16,087 bases of DNA. It comes from a virus. Below are positions 1 through 7,356 of the stretch, one piece after another; the first letter of the stretch is position 1, and every line of letters starts with the position of its first letter. The translations under genes were made by a program, and so were the position numbers. The stretch is from UHGV virus genome UHGV-0126759. One strand, written 5' to 3'. Under the pieces are notes generated by a model, which was not told where the DNA came from, ran no database searches, and saw only the letters and a list, made by a program, of their open reading frames with translations.

Positions 1-11
1 ATCTGAAAGTT

Positions 12-446
12 TTGGATCGGTTTAAACTACGGGCATCCGAAGCGCTCGTAAACGGTTGGGTCGAGCGTGGGGTACGGGATGCGTGTGAAGTTATTTGCCG
101 TTACCCCGGCGCGACGACAATGTGGTCATGTCATGGACACGGACCATATTCTAAAAAGAACTCGCCAGGGGAGTTCCATGTGGTGTTTGTTCTTGGTGTT
201 GGCTTTGAGCACAAAGCGCATGAGCTAGTTGCTGAGTTAATGAAAGCGGATATTCCACCATTGTGGGATTTATCCATGGCGAGACTCATGTACCCTGATG
301 ATGATTTCGTTTATGACCTCAGCGAAATCACCCTGAAAAACACGTATAACGCGTGGAAGATAACGTATCGTTATCTGCACACCGAACAATCCCTTCGTGA
401 AATTCGTAAAGTATTCCACACAGTTTGCAAAAAGGTTTTTAACTAA
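12..446 (+). CDS. Hypothetical protein (144 aa as given in the ORF track); may be 5'-truncated by the window edge
   Basis: Open frame runs from position 3 with no upstream stop in the window; the first in-frame start is TTG at 12 and the first ATG at 120 has no Shine-Dalgarno. Its stop (TAA 444-446) overlaps the next ATG (TAATG), indicating translational coupling. Contains a CHGHG motif; no family recognised. Confidence 0.5.
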   Translation: MDRFKLRASEALVNGWVERGVRDACEVICRYPGATTMWSCHGHGPYSKKNSPGEFHVVFVLGVGFEHKAHELVAELMKADIPPLWDLSMARLMYPDDDFVYDLSEITLKNTYNAWKITYRYLHTEQSLREIRKVFHTVCKKVFN

Positions 447-1144
447 TGGCTAAGCAAAAGAAACCCCGTAACAAAAAGTATAACCCGAAAGTTGCCACAG
501 AACGTACGGCACACACCGTCGCTGAAAACGCTCTGAATCGTATCACGTTTATCGGCAGTTCGATTCGTCGCCTCGGGCCGTACGCGGGCCGTGGTTTTCA
601 CTTTACGGCAAGTCCTCGTATTCGTGCTATCGCCACAGATATGTTAGTCGGTGGGCTGTTCGACCAACCGCGACCATGGCATCTTTGGGTGATGCACCTC
701 ACTGAACTCGACACCGGTGAAATTGTAACAGAAACCGCAGTTGCCACACTCGACGATTATACTTTGGCGGACTTCTGTGAACACGCTGAGGAGTTAGTTA
801 AATCGTTACGTCCTGAACAGGAAGAGGGGAAGTATTTCGGTTATGCATTTGTGGCTGCACCGAACGAGCGGTACGACTTCAAAGCGGAAGAAGACCAGCT
901 CATTGAAAACTTCATGCATTCTGGACTACTTGATACGTCGTTACATCTGTCGGAAGAACAACAGTTCGTTAGTCGTGCAGATATGGCAAAGTTACTTGTT
1001 GGTTATACTCGGAAGTTTGACGTGACCGTTGAACATGTCAAAGAAGTACCAGAGATTGTGAGCAAGAAAGACGAGGTGGTGCTTCCGGTTGACGAGGTTG
1101 TCAGTAAAGTAGCGACTGCAATAGGGGCAACGGGGGATTACTGA
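446..1144 (+). CDS. Hypothetical protein, 232 aa, Lys-rich N-terminus (MAKQKKPRNKK)
   Basis: Long ORF on the coding strand; ATG overlaps the upstream stop (TAATG) and its TGA overlaps the next ATG (ATGA at 1142-1146). No recognisable motif. Confidence 0.6.
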   Translation: MAKQKKPRNKKYNPKVATERTAHTVAENALNRITFIGSSIRRLGPYAGRGFHFTASPRIRAIATDMLVGGLFDQPRPWHLWVMHLTELDTGEIVTETAVATLDDYTLADFCEHAEELVKSLRPEQEEGKYFGYAFVAAPNERYDFKAEEDQLIENFMHSGLLDTSLHLSEEQQFVSRADMAKLLVGYTRKFDVTVEHVKEVPEIVSKKDEVVLPVDEVVSKVATAIGATGDY

Positions 1145-1353
1145 TGAACTTACGTTGGCCGATCGCAGCTGCTGTGTTGTTCTGTATTTATATCGCCGTC
1201 AGTACCAGTACCCGCACTGCAGAACGTCGCGAGACCGCAACCAGTACGTTCAGAATGTGTATTGATCGAGTAGACCCGAACAATAGCACTTATCCCGACG
1301 CGGTGAACGCGTGTCGCAAAGCGGTTGCTGAGATATTGAAAGAGGAAAAATAA
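1144..1353 (+). CDS. Small protein (69 aa) with N-terminal hydrophobic segment, probable membrane anchor or signal peptide
   Basis: N-terminal stretch WPIAAAVLFCIYIAVSTS is hydrophobic. GGGGGA Shine-Dalgarno-like sequence upstream; start overlaps the upstream stop and its TAA overlaps the next ATG (TAATG at 1351-1355). Confidence 0.5.
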   Translation: MNLRWPIAAAVLFCIYIAVSTSTRTAERRETATSTFRMCIDRVDPNNSTYPDAVNACRKAVAEILKEEK

Positions 1354-3113
1354 TGGAAAACCTTACGCCGATTGAGATAGTGGCGCTATTCGACCGTTAC
1401 GTATATGGACAAACGCAGGCAAAGAAAATGCTGGCGATTGCGCTACGTAATCGATATCGTGCCAACAAACTCAACGTTGTGGACCGTATGTCGGTCCACA
1501 AACAGAACCTTTTAATAGAAGGTCCAACAGGCACGGGTAAAACGGCGTTGATGCGGGTACTGAAAACTAAATTCGGTTTACCTGTGCTGGAACTCGACAT
1601 GACCGCGTTTACAGAATCGGGCTACGTAGGCCGGGAAGTTACATCAATCGGCAAAGACTTAGCCGACTTAGCGCGTTCTGTCGAATTGCCCGACTGGTAT
1701 ATCGAACTGCGTACCAAACGTCGTGTCGAGACGGAAGTAGACGGTAATCGTCTTACTCGTGAAGAGTGGGAGCGTGAATCCCGTAAGGAAGTTGAACGCG
1801 AACTAGACGAGCGCGCAGCTGAGCGCCAGCTGCGGTATCAAGCTAAACGTGATCACACCGAACTATTACGGCGTCAGGGTATACTCGATCCGAAGGAGTT
1901 GTACGAAGAATACCAAGACATCTATTGTCTTCGCGCGTTTATGGTTGGCTATTGCCGTCAACACAATTTAACCTACGAAGACTTCGATATCTATTCCGTT
2001 ACACTCGGTGGTCGTACTGTGCAAGAATGGATAGATAAGATGTCGGAAATCGCAAGGGGTCTGTTCGGTGTCTCGTCAATTTCTGAACTGTTAAATAGTG
2101 AAGAATTTGAAAGCCAGATTGATAAGCTAATGTGCGGAGAAATACCGGACACGATTGGGTATATGGGTGAGATTATGTCGCTGATGGCTTTAGGCGAACA
2201 GATTGACTTATACGTTGATGCTGGTCAAAAGTTGATGTCGAATAACCTTCCGCTCTCATGTGCCGATGGCTCAGACTTCTACGATTTGTTCGACACGTTT
2301 AACGGCGACGACGAGGACGTCGAGCCGGCGGGCATCAATTGGTTCCCGATCGACGGTGCAGCGTTTACTATTCGCATGTTGTCTCGTTTGGAAGATCCTG
2401 AGAAGTGGTGTCGTTGGTGGGATGACGTGTTCGAAGGTTCTCCAGAATTCACCAAATACGCCGATGAACGGCTCTGGCATTACGAGATACCTGAAACAGT
2501 TGCACCAGAAAAAGAAACAGTCAGTCGCAAAGACCTCAAGAAACTACCCAACTGTAATGGACATGATTTCGTTGAGAACTTTGCGGTAGTGTTCCTGGAT
2601 GAGTTTGACAAACTTATCGAGGTTGATACACAACACTCTGCACGTGTATCCCGTAGTGGTGTGCAGCGCAGCTTGTTGAAAATGGTTGAAGGGGGTATTT
2701 ATCATGGCGTTGACACAACCAATGTGCTTTTTGTCGCTGCTGGGTCGTTTGCTCAAGCGCCTGTTTCTAAACTCATGGCAGAACTCCAGGGACGTTTTCC
2801 GTTAAGAGCGAAAATGTCTTCGCTGGACACCGAGGCACTGATTGCTATCTGTAAGTTGGATAACAGTGAGTTCCACGGCATGATTAAGTTGTTGAAAACC
2901 GAAGGGGTGGAAACGCAGTACGACATGGACACTTACACGTTCATCGCTGAGAAAACAATGGAAGCCAATGCTGTAGAGAACCTTGGTGCTCGTCGATTGG
3001 CGGATATTGTTCATCAGATCTTCTTACCTGCGTCTTACGACTCTTCGAAATATAAGCAATACGACATACGTGGTGAAACACTGCGTGGTCACGCTTGGTC
3101 AGAGAACGCGTAA
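1353..3113 (+). CDS. HslU/ClpX-family AAA+ unfoldase-like ATPase (586 aa) with an expanded insertion (I) domain
   Basis: Seen in sequence: Walker A GPTGTGKT (aa 57-64, nt 1521-1544), pore-loop GYVG (aa 90-93), Walker B VVFLDEFDK (aa 412-420, nt 2586-2612), SRSGVQRSLLKMVEGG box, LQGRFPLRA (Arg-finger region) and sensor-2 ENLGARRL. The N-terminus LTPIEIVALFDRYVYGQTQAKKMLAIALRNRYR is collinear with HslU as I recall it (MTPREIV...[21 protein letters not shown]). AGAGGA Shine-Dalgarno 8 nt upstream. Confidence 0.8.
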   Translation: MENLTPIEIVALFDRYVYGQTQAKKMLAIALRNRYRANKLNVVDRMSVHKQNLLIEGPTGTGKTALMRVLKTKFGLPVLELDMTAFTESGYVGREVTSIGKDLADLARSVELPDWYIELRTKRRVETEVDGNRLTREEWERESRKEVERELDERAAERQLRYQAKRDHTELLRRQGILDPKELYEEYQDIYCLRAFMVGYCRQHNLTYEDFDIYSVTLGGRTVQEWIDKMSEIARGLFGVSSISELLNSEEFESQIDKLMCGEIPDTIGYMGEIMSLMALGEQIDLYVDAGQKLMSNNLPLSCADGSDFYDLFDTFNGDDEDVEPAGINWFPIDGAAFTIRMLSRLEDPEKWCRWWDDVFEGSPEFTKYADERLWHYEIPETVAPEKETVSRKDLKKLPNCNGHDFVENFAVVFLDEFDKLIEVDTQHSARVSRSGVQRSLLKMVEGGIYHGVDTTNVLFVAAGSFAQAPVSKLMAELQGRFPLRAKMSSLDTEALIAICKLDNSEFHGMIKLLKTEGVETQYDMDTYTFIAEKTMEANAVENLGARRLADIVHQIFLPASYDSSKYKQYDIRGETLRGHAWSENA

Positions 3114-3117
3114 TGCT

Positions 3118-3140
3118 AATAGCGCCGCATGTGCGCTATT
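3118..3140 (+). other. Perfect 8-bp inverted repeat (AATAGCGC, 7-nt loop, GCGCTATT) just after the AAA+ gene stop, with no following T-tract
   Basis: Read directly: aatagcgc cgcatgt gcgctatt at 3118-3140. The lack of a U-tract argues against a canonical intrinsic terminator; it could be an RNA processing or stability element, or a protein-binding site. Confidence 0.3.
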
Positions 3141-3254
3141 GACCCTAGGTTACATGGATTCGATTTTAACCCCATGAAAGATACCATGTATTCCATCCTT
3201 TGATGTTGTGGCAGAAGAAACCCCACGTTATCAACTTATACGCACGGTGAAACA

Positions 3255-3587
3255 ATGAAGAAAGTTTTAGTTCTGTTAGGCGCACTCGTTACGCCTATGG
3301 TTGTCCACGCTGCGGACAAACCACTCTTACTCGACCAGGATGTTTACGAACGTGTATTCCTGGAATGCGCTAAAACGTTTAACGGACCACAGAAGACAAC
3401 CTTTAACGATTTGGACGAAGCGTTAGAGGTCTGCCGTGACACTGCAAAAGAAATCGCGGTACGTCAAGGAACCCTCAAAATGGCGGTGGGAAGCAACTGG
3501 GAAGAAGTGCAGGTGATGGAAAAACCGGGTTACATGGTCGACCTGAACGCTAAGTTGATGCGTGAAGAAAAACAGAAACAAAAGTGA
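3255..3587 (+). CDS. Small secreted or periplasmic protein (110 aa) with Sec-type signal peptide
   Basis: N-terminus MKKVLVLLGALVTPMVVHA followed by ADK has the classic n-h-c signal-peptide layout with an AXA-like cleavage site (VHA/AD). The mature part is charged and ends in a Lys-rich tail (EEKQKQK). Confidence 0.6.
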   Translation: MKKVLVLLGALVTPMVVHAADKPLLLDQDVYERVFLECAKTFNGPQKTTFNDLDEALEVCRDTAKEIAVRQGTLKMAVGSNWEEVQVMEKPGYMVDLNAKLMREEKQKQK

Positions 3588-3595
3588 GGTAAAGG

Positions 3596-4597
3596 ATGAC
3601 GAAGCTCGTTTCGTTTTCAGCAGGGTTGGATTCCACCTGGATAATGTATCAACTGTTGTGCAAAGCACCGGCCAATGAAGCGCGACATGTCCGTCCTGCA
3701 TATTTCTCCATGTGGAATGGAGGTAACGCGAACTTCATGGAAATTCTTTGTAGTGTGGCCATTGTTGAACGGCTAATGGACAGATACCACGCACAAACCG
3801 ATCGCGTTACATGGGCGGTGCTCGGGGAAGAGAACTTTCCGCCTGTCGTTAGCGCCGGATACGCTAACGGCTGGTCGCCTCTGGTTCAGCAAGGCAATGT
3901 TGTTAACGGCCTCGCTAAACTGATGTGCGACATTACACGCAAACAGCACCACGCCTATGCAGTTGTTGGCTGGAATAAGCTAGATGCGTTGGAGAATAGT
4001 CTAGAGCTGGGAGATTGGACATTAGACGAGTACGCACGCTTAAAGAACCTTTATAGCGAACTGATGTATTTCCAAGATCATGCCGGTCGCGTTCCGCCGC
4101 TTCTAACACCTGCGTGGGATAAAGAGAAACTGGAAATGTGGCAGGAGTTGCCGGAAGACATTCGTAGATTGGTGCAGGTCAGTAACTACAACAACTACGA
4201 ATTCGCGATAGACCGTGAGAATAACGTGCTCATCGTGTATGCCCATCCGTCGGCAAAGTCGCAGAATTATCGTAGTCTTGGTATTACACCGTCTGTGGGA
4301 TGGGAGATTAAAATCAACGATGCTTACAGACGGGTATGGTGTTCTGCTCTCGGTAGTGCTATTTCTGCTATGGGTTTGGACGTACCGACTTTTGCTAACT
4401 TTAAGGACCCGAAAAGAAATCACACAACCTTTACGGTAACTGAAGATACTGAAAGACTATTTATCACGTCATTTACAGCAGAAGAGTGGTGCGAATATGC
4501 ACCGCATTTTAAAGCGCTTCAGGAGAAAGAAAAAGAGAGAGCGAAAAATGCCAAAGCAAGTAAAGCTGGACGCTCCAACTGGCGAAGTGGCGGATAG
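3596..4597 (+). CDS. Divergent PP-loop (ATP pyrophosphatase)-like protein, 333 aa
   Basis: N-terminal strand-loop-helix KLVSFSAGLDSTWIMYQLL resembles the SGGxDS PP-loop signature of QueC, TilS and NadE-type enzymes, but with Ala replacing the second Gly. No C-terminal Cys cluster as in QueC. GAGGT Shine-Dalgarno upstream. The family call is motif-based only. Confidence 0.55.
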   Translation: MTKLVSFSAGLDSTWIMYQLLCKAPANEARHVRPAYFSMWNGGNANFMEILCSVAIVERLMDRYHAQTDRVTWAVLGEENFPPVVSAGYANGWSPLVQQGNVVNGLAKLMCDITRKQHHAYAVVGWNKLDALENSLELGDWTLDEYARLKNLYSELMYFQDHAGRVPPLLTPAWDKEKLEMWQELPEDIRRLVQVSNYNNYEFAIDRENNVLIVYAHPSAKSQNYRSLGITPSVGWEIKINDAYRRVWCSALGSAISAMGLDVPTFANFKDPKRNHTTFTVTEDTERLFITSFTAEEWCEYAPHFKALQEKEKERAKNAKASKAGRSNWRSGG

Positions 4598-4611
4598 CTG
4601 AAAAACGGAAT

Positions 4612-4929
4612 TTGCCAAAGCTGGATATAACAGTTAAGTCGGGGCTGAAATATTTGGCACCCGACTGGGACTTTCTGATGGACTACAAGAAGTCTGACAA
4701 AGGCCCCGACGCAGAAGCTGCGTATACCAAACGCTACCTGCAGAAACTTAGTCGGTTGTTTGATGAAGACACTGATAAGTTGATAGAGATTCTCCGCCAG
4801 GGCGAGGTCGTACTAATGTGCTATTGCCCACCGGGGAAATTCTGTCATCGCCACTTGCTAGTTTCTTACCTTATTGAAATCGGTGAGTGGTTCGGTTATG
4901 AAGTAATTTACATGGGCGAGTTATCGTAA
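4612..4929 (+). CDS. Small Cys/His-motif protein (105 aa), possibly DUF4326-like
   Basis: C-terminal motif LMCYCPPGKFCHRHLL (C-x-C-x5-C-H-x-H) resembles, from memory, the CWCxPxxCHxDVL signature of DUF4326 proteins. The start is TTG at 4612 with a weak Shine-Dalgarno; an alternative ATG lies at 4678. Confidence 0.45.
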   Translation: MPKLDITVKSGLKYLAPDWDFLMDYKKSDKGPDAEAAYTKRYLQKLSRLFDEDTDKLIEILRQGEVVLMCYCPPGKFCHRHLLVSYLIEIGEWFGYEVIYMGELS

Positions 4930-4940
4930 GGAGAGTCATC

Positions 4941-5336
4941 GTGAAATTGATTATGCCTAAAACCGTTCCCAATCAGGATATGGTTACGACTACACTGTTT
5001 TCTGAATCATTACGTAACTCTGTACGTCAGACCGCTTCACGTCTAGACGTGGCAGTTGAAGAACTCGACCCAGAAGTCTTCATGAAGTATGCGTTTATTG
5101 CAGAAGGTTACGCGATCGCCCTGAGTTATGCGCGGTATGTCGATGACGTGACAGAAGCTAAACGTTATTTAGAAGGCTGTTGTCAAGTTTTCCGTGAAGA
5201 AATCACCGAGATGGAGATGGTTGACCGTGGCTTACCTGAATTTGTAAAGGTGGGTTACGATAAGCTGTTGCAATCCATCGCGGATGAGATCAAACGTCGC
5301 GGGTTAACTGTGGTGCACAGCTCTACACTGCACTAA
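4941..5336 (+). CDS. Hypothetical protein, 131 aa
   Basis: GTG start 7 nt downstream of an AAGGAG Shine-Dalgarno (4928-4933); its TAA stop at 5334-5336 is followed directly by terminator T1. Confidence 0.55.
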   Translation: MKLIMPKTVPNQDMVTTTLFSESLRNSVRQTASRLDVAVEELDPEVFMKYAFIAEGYAIALSYARYVDDVTEAKRYLEGCCQVFREEITEMEMVDRGLPEFVKVGYDKLLQSIADEIKRRGLTVVHSSTLH

Positions 5337-5350
5337 CACCGTACGAGTAG

Positions 5351-5390
5351 GCTACCACACGATCATATGTGTGGTAGCTTATTTTTTTTT
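5351..5390 (+). terminator. Rho-independent terminator T1
   Basis: Perfect 10-bp stem GCTACCACAC (5351-5360) and GTGTGGTAGC (5369-5378) with 8-nt loop, followed by TTATTTTTTTTT (5379-5390). Sits between the stop of the 4941-5336 gene and the start of the next gene. Confidence 0.8.
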
Positions 5391-5406
5391 GTTTCTGGAG
5401 GAAATT

Positions 5407-7356
5407 GTGACGACGAAACCTATAATCCGCAACTTTGCCGAGTTGGTCGAATATACTACAGAGACAATGCTAACCTTGGATCTTCCTGAGGTCTACGACC
5501 CGAGTGTAAGTCTGTCCGTAGATCAGAATGTAGACTACGATTATATCGGGGTCGTGACGGGAAAAAGCAACGTTACCAACCCCACAAACCACAAAGTGGT
5601 AATGTATGCTTACACCACCGGGGAGTATTTGCTAGGTGAAGCCCCTCTTGATGCCTCAGGGGCGTTTTCTTTTAAACGTACGTGGGCCGGTGCTAAACAG
5701 TTTAGACTAATCAATATATCAACTGGAGAGTGGATTACAACCCTGGAATTTCCTCTATGTATACGCAGTTACTTAATGCCCAGCGACGCCGAACCTGATG
5801 TTATCAAGGTAATGAAAGATCGATGTTACACGTACGATCAGGCGGTGGCAGCTTTAGCACTAATGGCTATAGATCACGGAGCCGTTGAGAAATATGTTAA
5901 AGGGCTTTGTGCTTTAGTGGACACAGACGGTGGTATTAAGTTTTATGTAAATCGTTTGTCTGCCAAGTCTCCACGTAACTATTATCGGATGGGCAATGTG
6001 GCATGGGTATTATACGCCCTTGCTTTTTACCTAGAGAAATATCCAAACGGCACCTTAGTTGGTCAAGTTAGGAGTAAGCTCACTCTTTCGCTCAGTTGGG
6101 TTGAAGGATTCCGTGTTAGCGATGTAAACGATAGGAGATACGGCTTATATCTCGGGGGTAAAGGCCGCTTTATTACAAACCCTGATGGTACGCAAACGTT
6201 CGATGAAAATTATGTAGCACCGTTCTCGGCCTTGGAACATTGTGTTGATTTGTGGTTTTTATTCGAGATATTGGGAAGGGTTGGATTTGATAGCTACGCC
6301 GCGAAGGCGATAGAGTTAGGCAATCTAATTTTAGACAAGTTTTGGATAGAAGAAGAGGGTCGATTGCGTCAAGGCGTTAGAGCCGATGTCGATGACGACG
6401 CTGCCGCTTTAGACCAGTCAAGCTGGGGTGGATTGTTTATCGCTAAGTTCAAACCGGAGCTGGCTTCGCAGTGTCACAGCTACATGGAAAAGTTTCGAGC
6501 AGTAACGTCCGAATGCAGCGGTTACACACCTTATAAGGTTGAATTGGGTTATCCGACTGCGGTCGACGGCGTTTGGGTTGAAGGAACTGCCGGTGTTGCC
6601 TTATTTGAAAGACAATTAGGGAACGATACTAGGGCAATTGAACTAATTAATAATATCGATGTTCTCCTGGGTGAACACGGTTATCGCGATTCGTGCGATG
6701 ACCCAACTTACGACACTTTACCTAATTGGCCGTCGACAACAAATACCGCCTGGGTGATTTTGGCCTGCGTACCAAGCGGCTTTTGGTTAGTTGATAAACC
6801 TGCACTGAATGCAAAATACAGCCCCCCTAATCGTTTTACACCTGACCTTAGATTAGACTCCAAGGGCCTCGTTGTGGCGTTAATTAATCACGATAACGGA
6901 TTGTCATTATCGCCTGACGAGATTGTAATAAGCGGAGTGGGGCCTATCGACTTAGGTGTTGAAAGTACCCGTACCGCACAAGCGTACATTGCAAAAGCAC
7001 GTAAACCTAACGGCAAGAAGGTTACCGTCTATTACGACCGTCTAGTTGCTAATAAGATTATCGACCCGCAAGGACCGATACTGGTTACTGTAGCTCCCGG
7101 CGACACCTATGCTGATTTAGCGACAGTTGTAAACCAGTTATGCGGTTTAAACTTGTCACGTGAAGACATCTCGACGGGGGTTATTACACCAACAAACGAG
7201 CCGTTGATTGCACCGATGAGTGACGATTCGCCGGCTTGGACGGCTACCTTTACATTCACGGCGTTTAATGAAAAAGAAGCTGTGGCAAGTCTGGATGAAG
7301 AAACTGTTTTATGCATCGGTGATGATGCAGTGTTAACCTACGGAGACGATGCATAA
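5407..7356 (+). CDS. Large hypothetical protein (about 649 aa from GTG 5407); aromatic-rich, possibly a helical-repeat carbohydrate-active enzyme with a C-terminal beta-rich domain
   Basis: The ORF track starts at 5371, but that would run through the terminator stem and T-tract; GTG at 5407 is in frame and lies 6 nt after a GGAGG Shine-Dalgarno (5396-5400). Helix-pair segments such as YDQAVAALALMAIDHG and NVAWVLYALAFYLEKYPNG resemble (alpha/alpha)-toroid glycosidase or lyase folds, which is an inference. Stop TAA overlaps the next ATG. Confidence 0.65.
   Translation: MTTKPIIRNFAELVEYTTETMLTLDLPEVYDPSVSLSVDQNVDYDYIGVVTGKSNVTNPTNHKVVMYAYTTGEYLLGEAPLDASGAFSFKRTWAGAKQFRLINISTGEWITTLEFPLCIRSYLMPSDAEPDVIKVMKDRCYTYDQAVAALALMAIDHGAVEKYVKGLCALVDTDGGIKFYVNRLSAKSPRNYYRMGNVAWVLYALAFYLEKYPNGTLVGQVRSKLTLSLSWVEGFRVSDVNDRRYGLYLGGKGRFITNPDGTQTFDENYVAPFSALEHCVDLWFLFEILGRVGFDSYAAKAIELGNLILDKFWIEEEGRLRQGVRADVDDDAAALDQSSWGGLFIAKFKPELASQCHSYMEKFRAVTSECSGYTPYKVELGYPTAVDGVWVEGTAGVALFERQLGNDTRAIELINNIDVLLGEHGYRDSCDDPTYDTLPNWPSTTNTAWVILACVPSGFWLVDKPALNAKYSPPNRFTPDLRLDSKGLVVALINHDNGLSLSPDEIVISGVGPIDLGVESTRTAQAYIAKARKPNGKKVTVYYDRLVANKIIDPQGPILVTVAPGDTYADLATVVNQLCGLNLSREDISTGVITPTNEPLIAPMSDDSPAWTATFTFTAFNEKEAVASLDEETVLCIGDDAVLTYGDDA

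Noticed and set aside
843-1025. Short + strand alternate-frame ORFs nested inside larger genes (843-1025, 2260-2589, 2983-3177, 4215-4439, 9538-9774, 10588-10809)
   Set aside because: They are embedded in a different frame of well-supported long CDSs, with no independent ribosome-binding site.
3150-3180. Possible tRNA (T-arm-like GGATTCGATT ... CCCCA)
   Set aside because: No acceptor-stem or anticodon-stem complementarity could be found by eye around it, and the T-loop is TTCGATT rather than TTCGAAT. This is probably a chance resemblance and needs tRNAscan-SE to exclude it formally.
3596-4597. Calling the PP-loop-like protein QueC (7-cyano-7-deazaguanine synthase)
   Set aside because: The N-terminal motif is similar, but the protein is about 100 aa longer than QueC and lacks the C-terminal Cys cluster characteristic of QueC as I recall it. 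No QueD, QueE, FolE or DpdA-like neighbours are evident.
5371-5406. ORF-track start at 5371 for the 649-aa gene
   Set aside because: A start at 5371 would put the first 12 codons through the terminator stem and T-tract (translation MVAYFFLFLEEI). GTG at 5407, with GGAGG 6 nt upstream, is the more plausible start.
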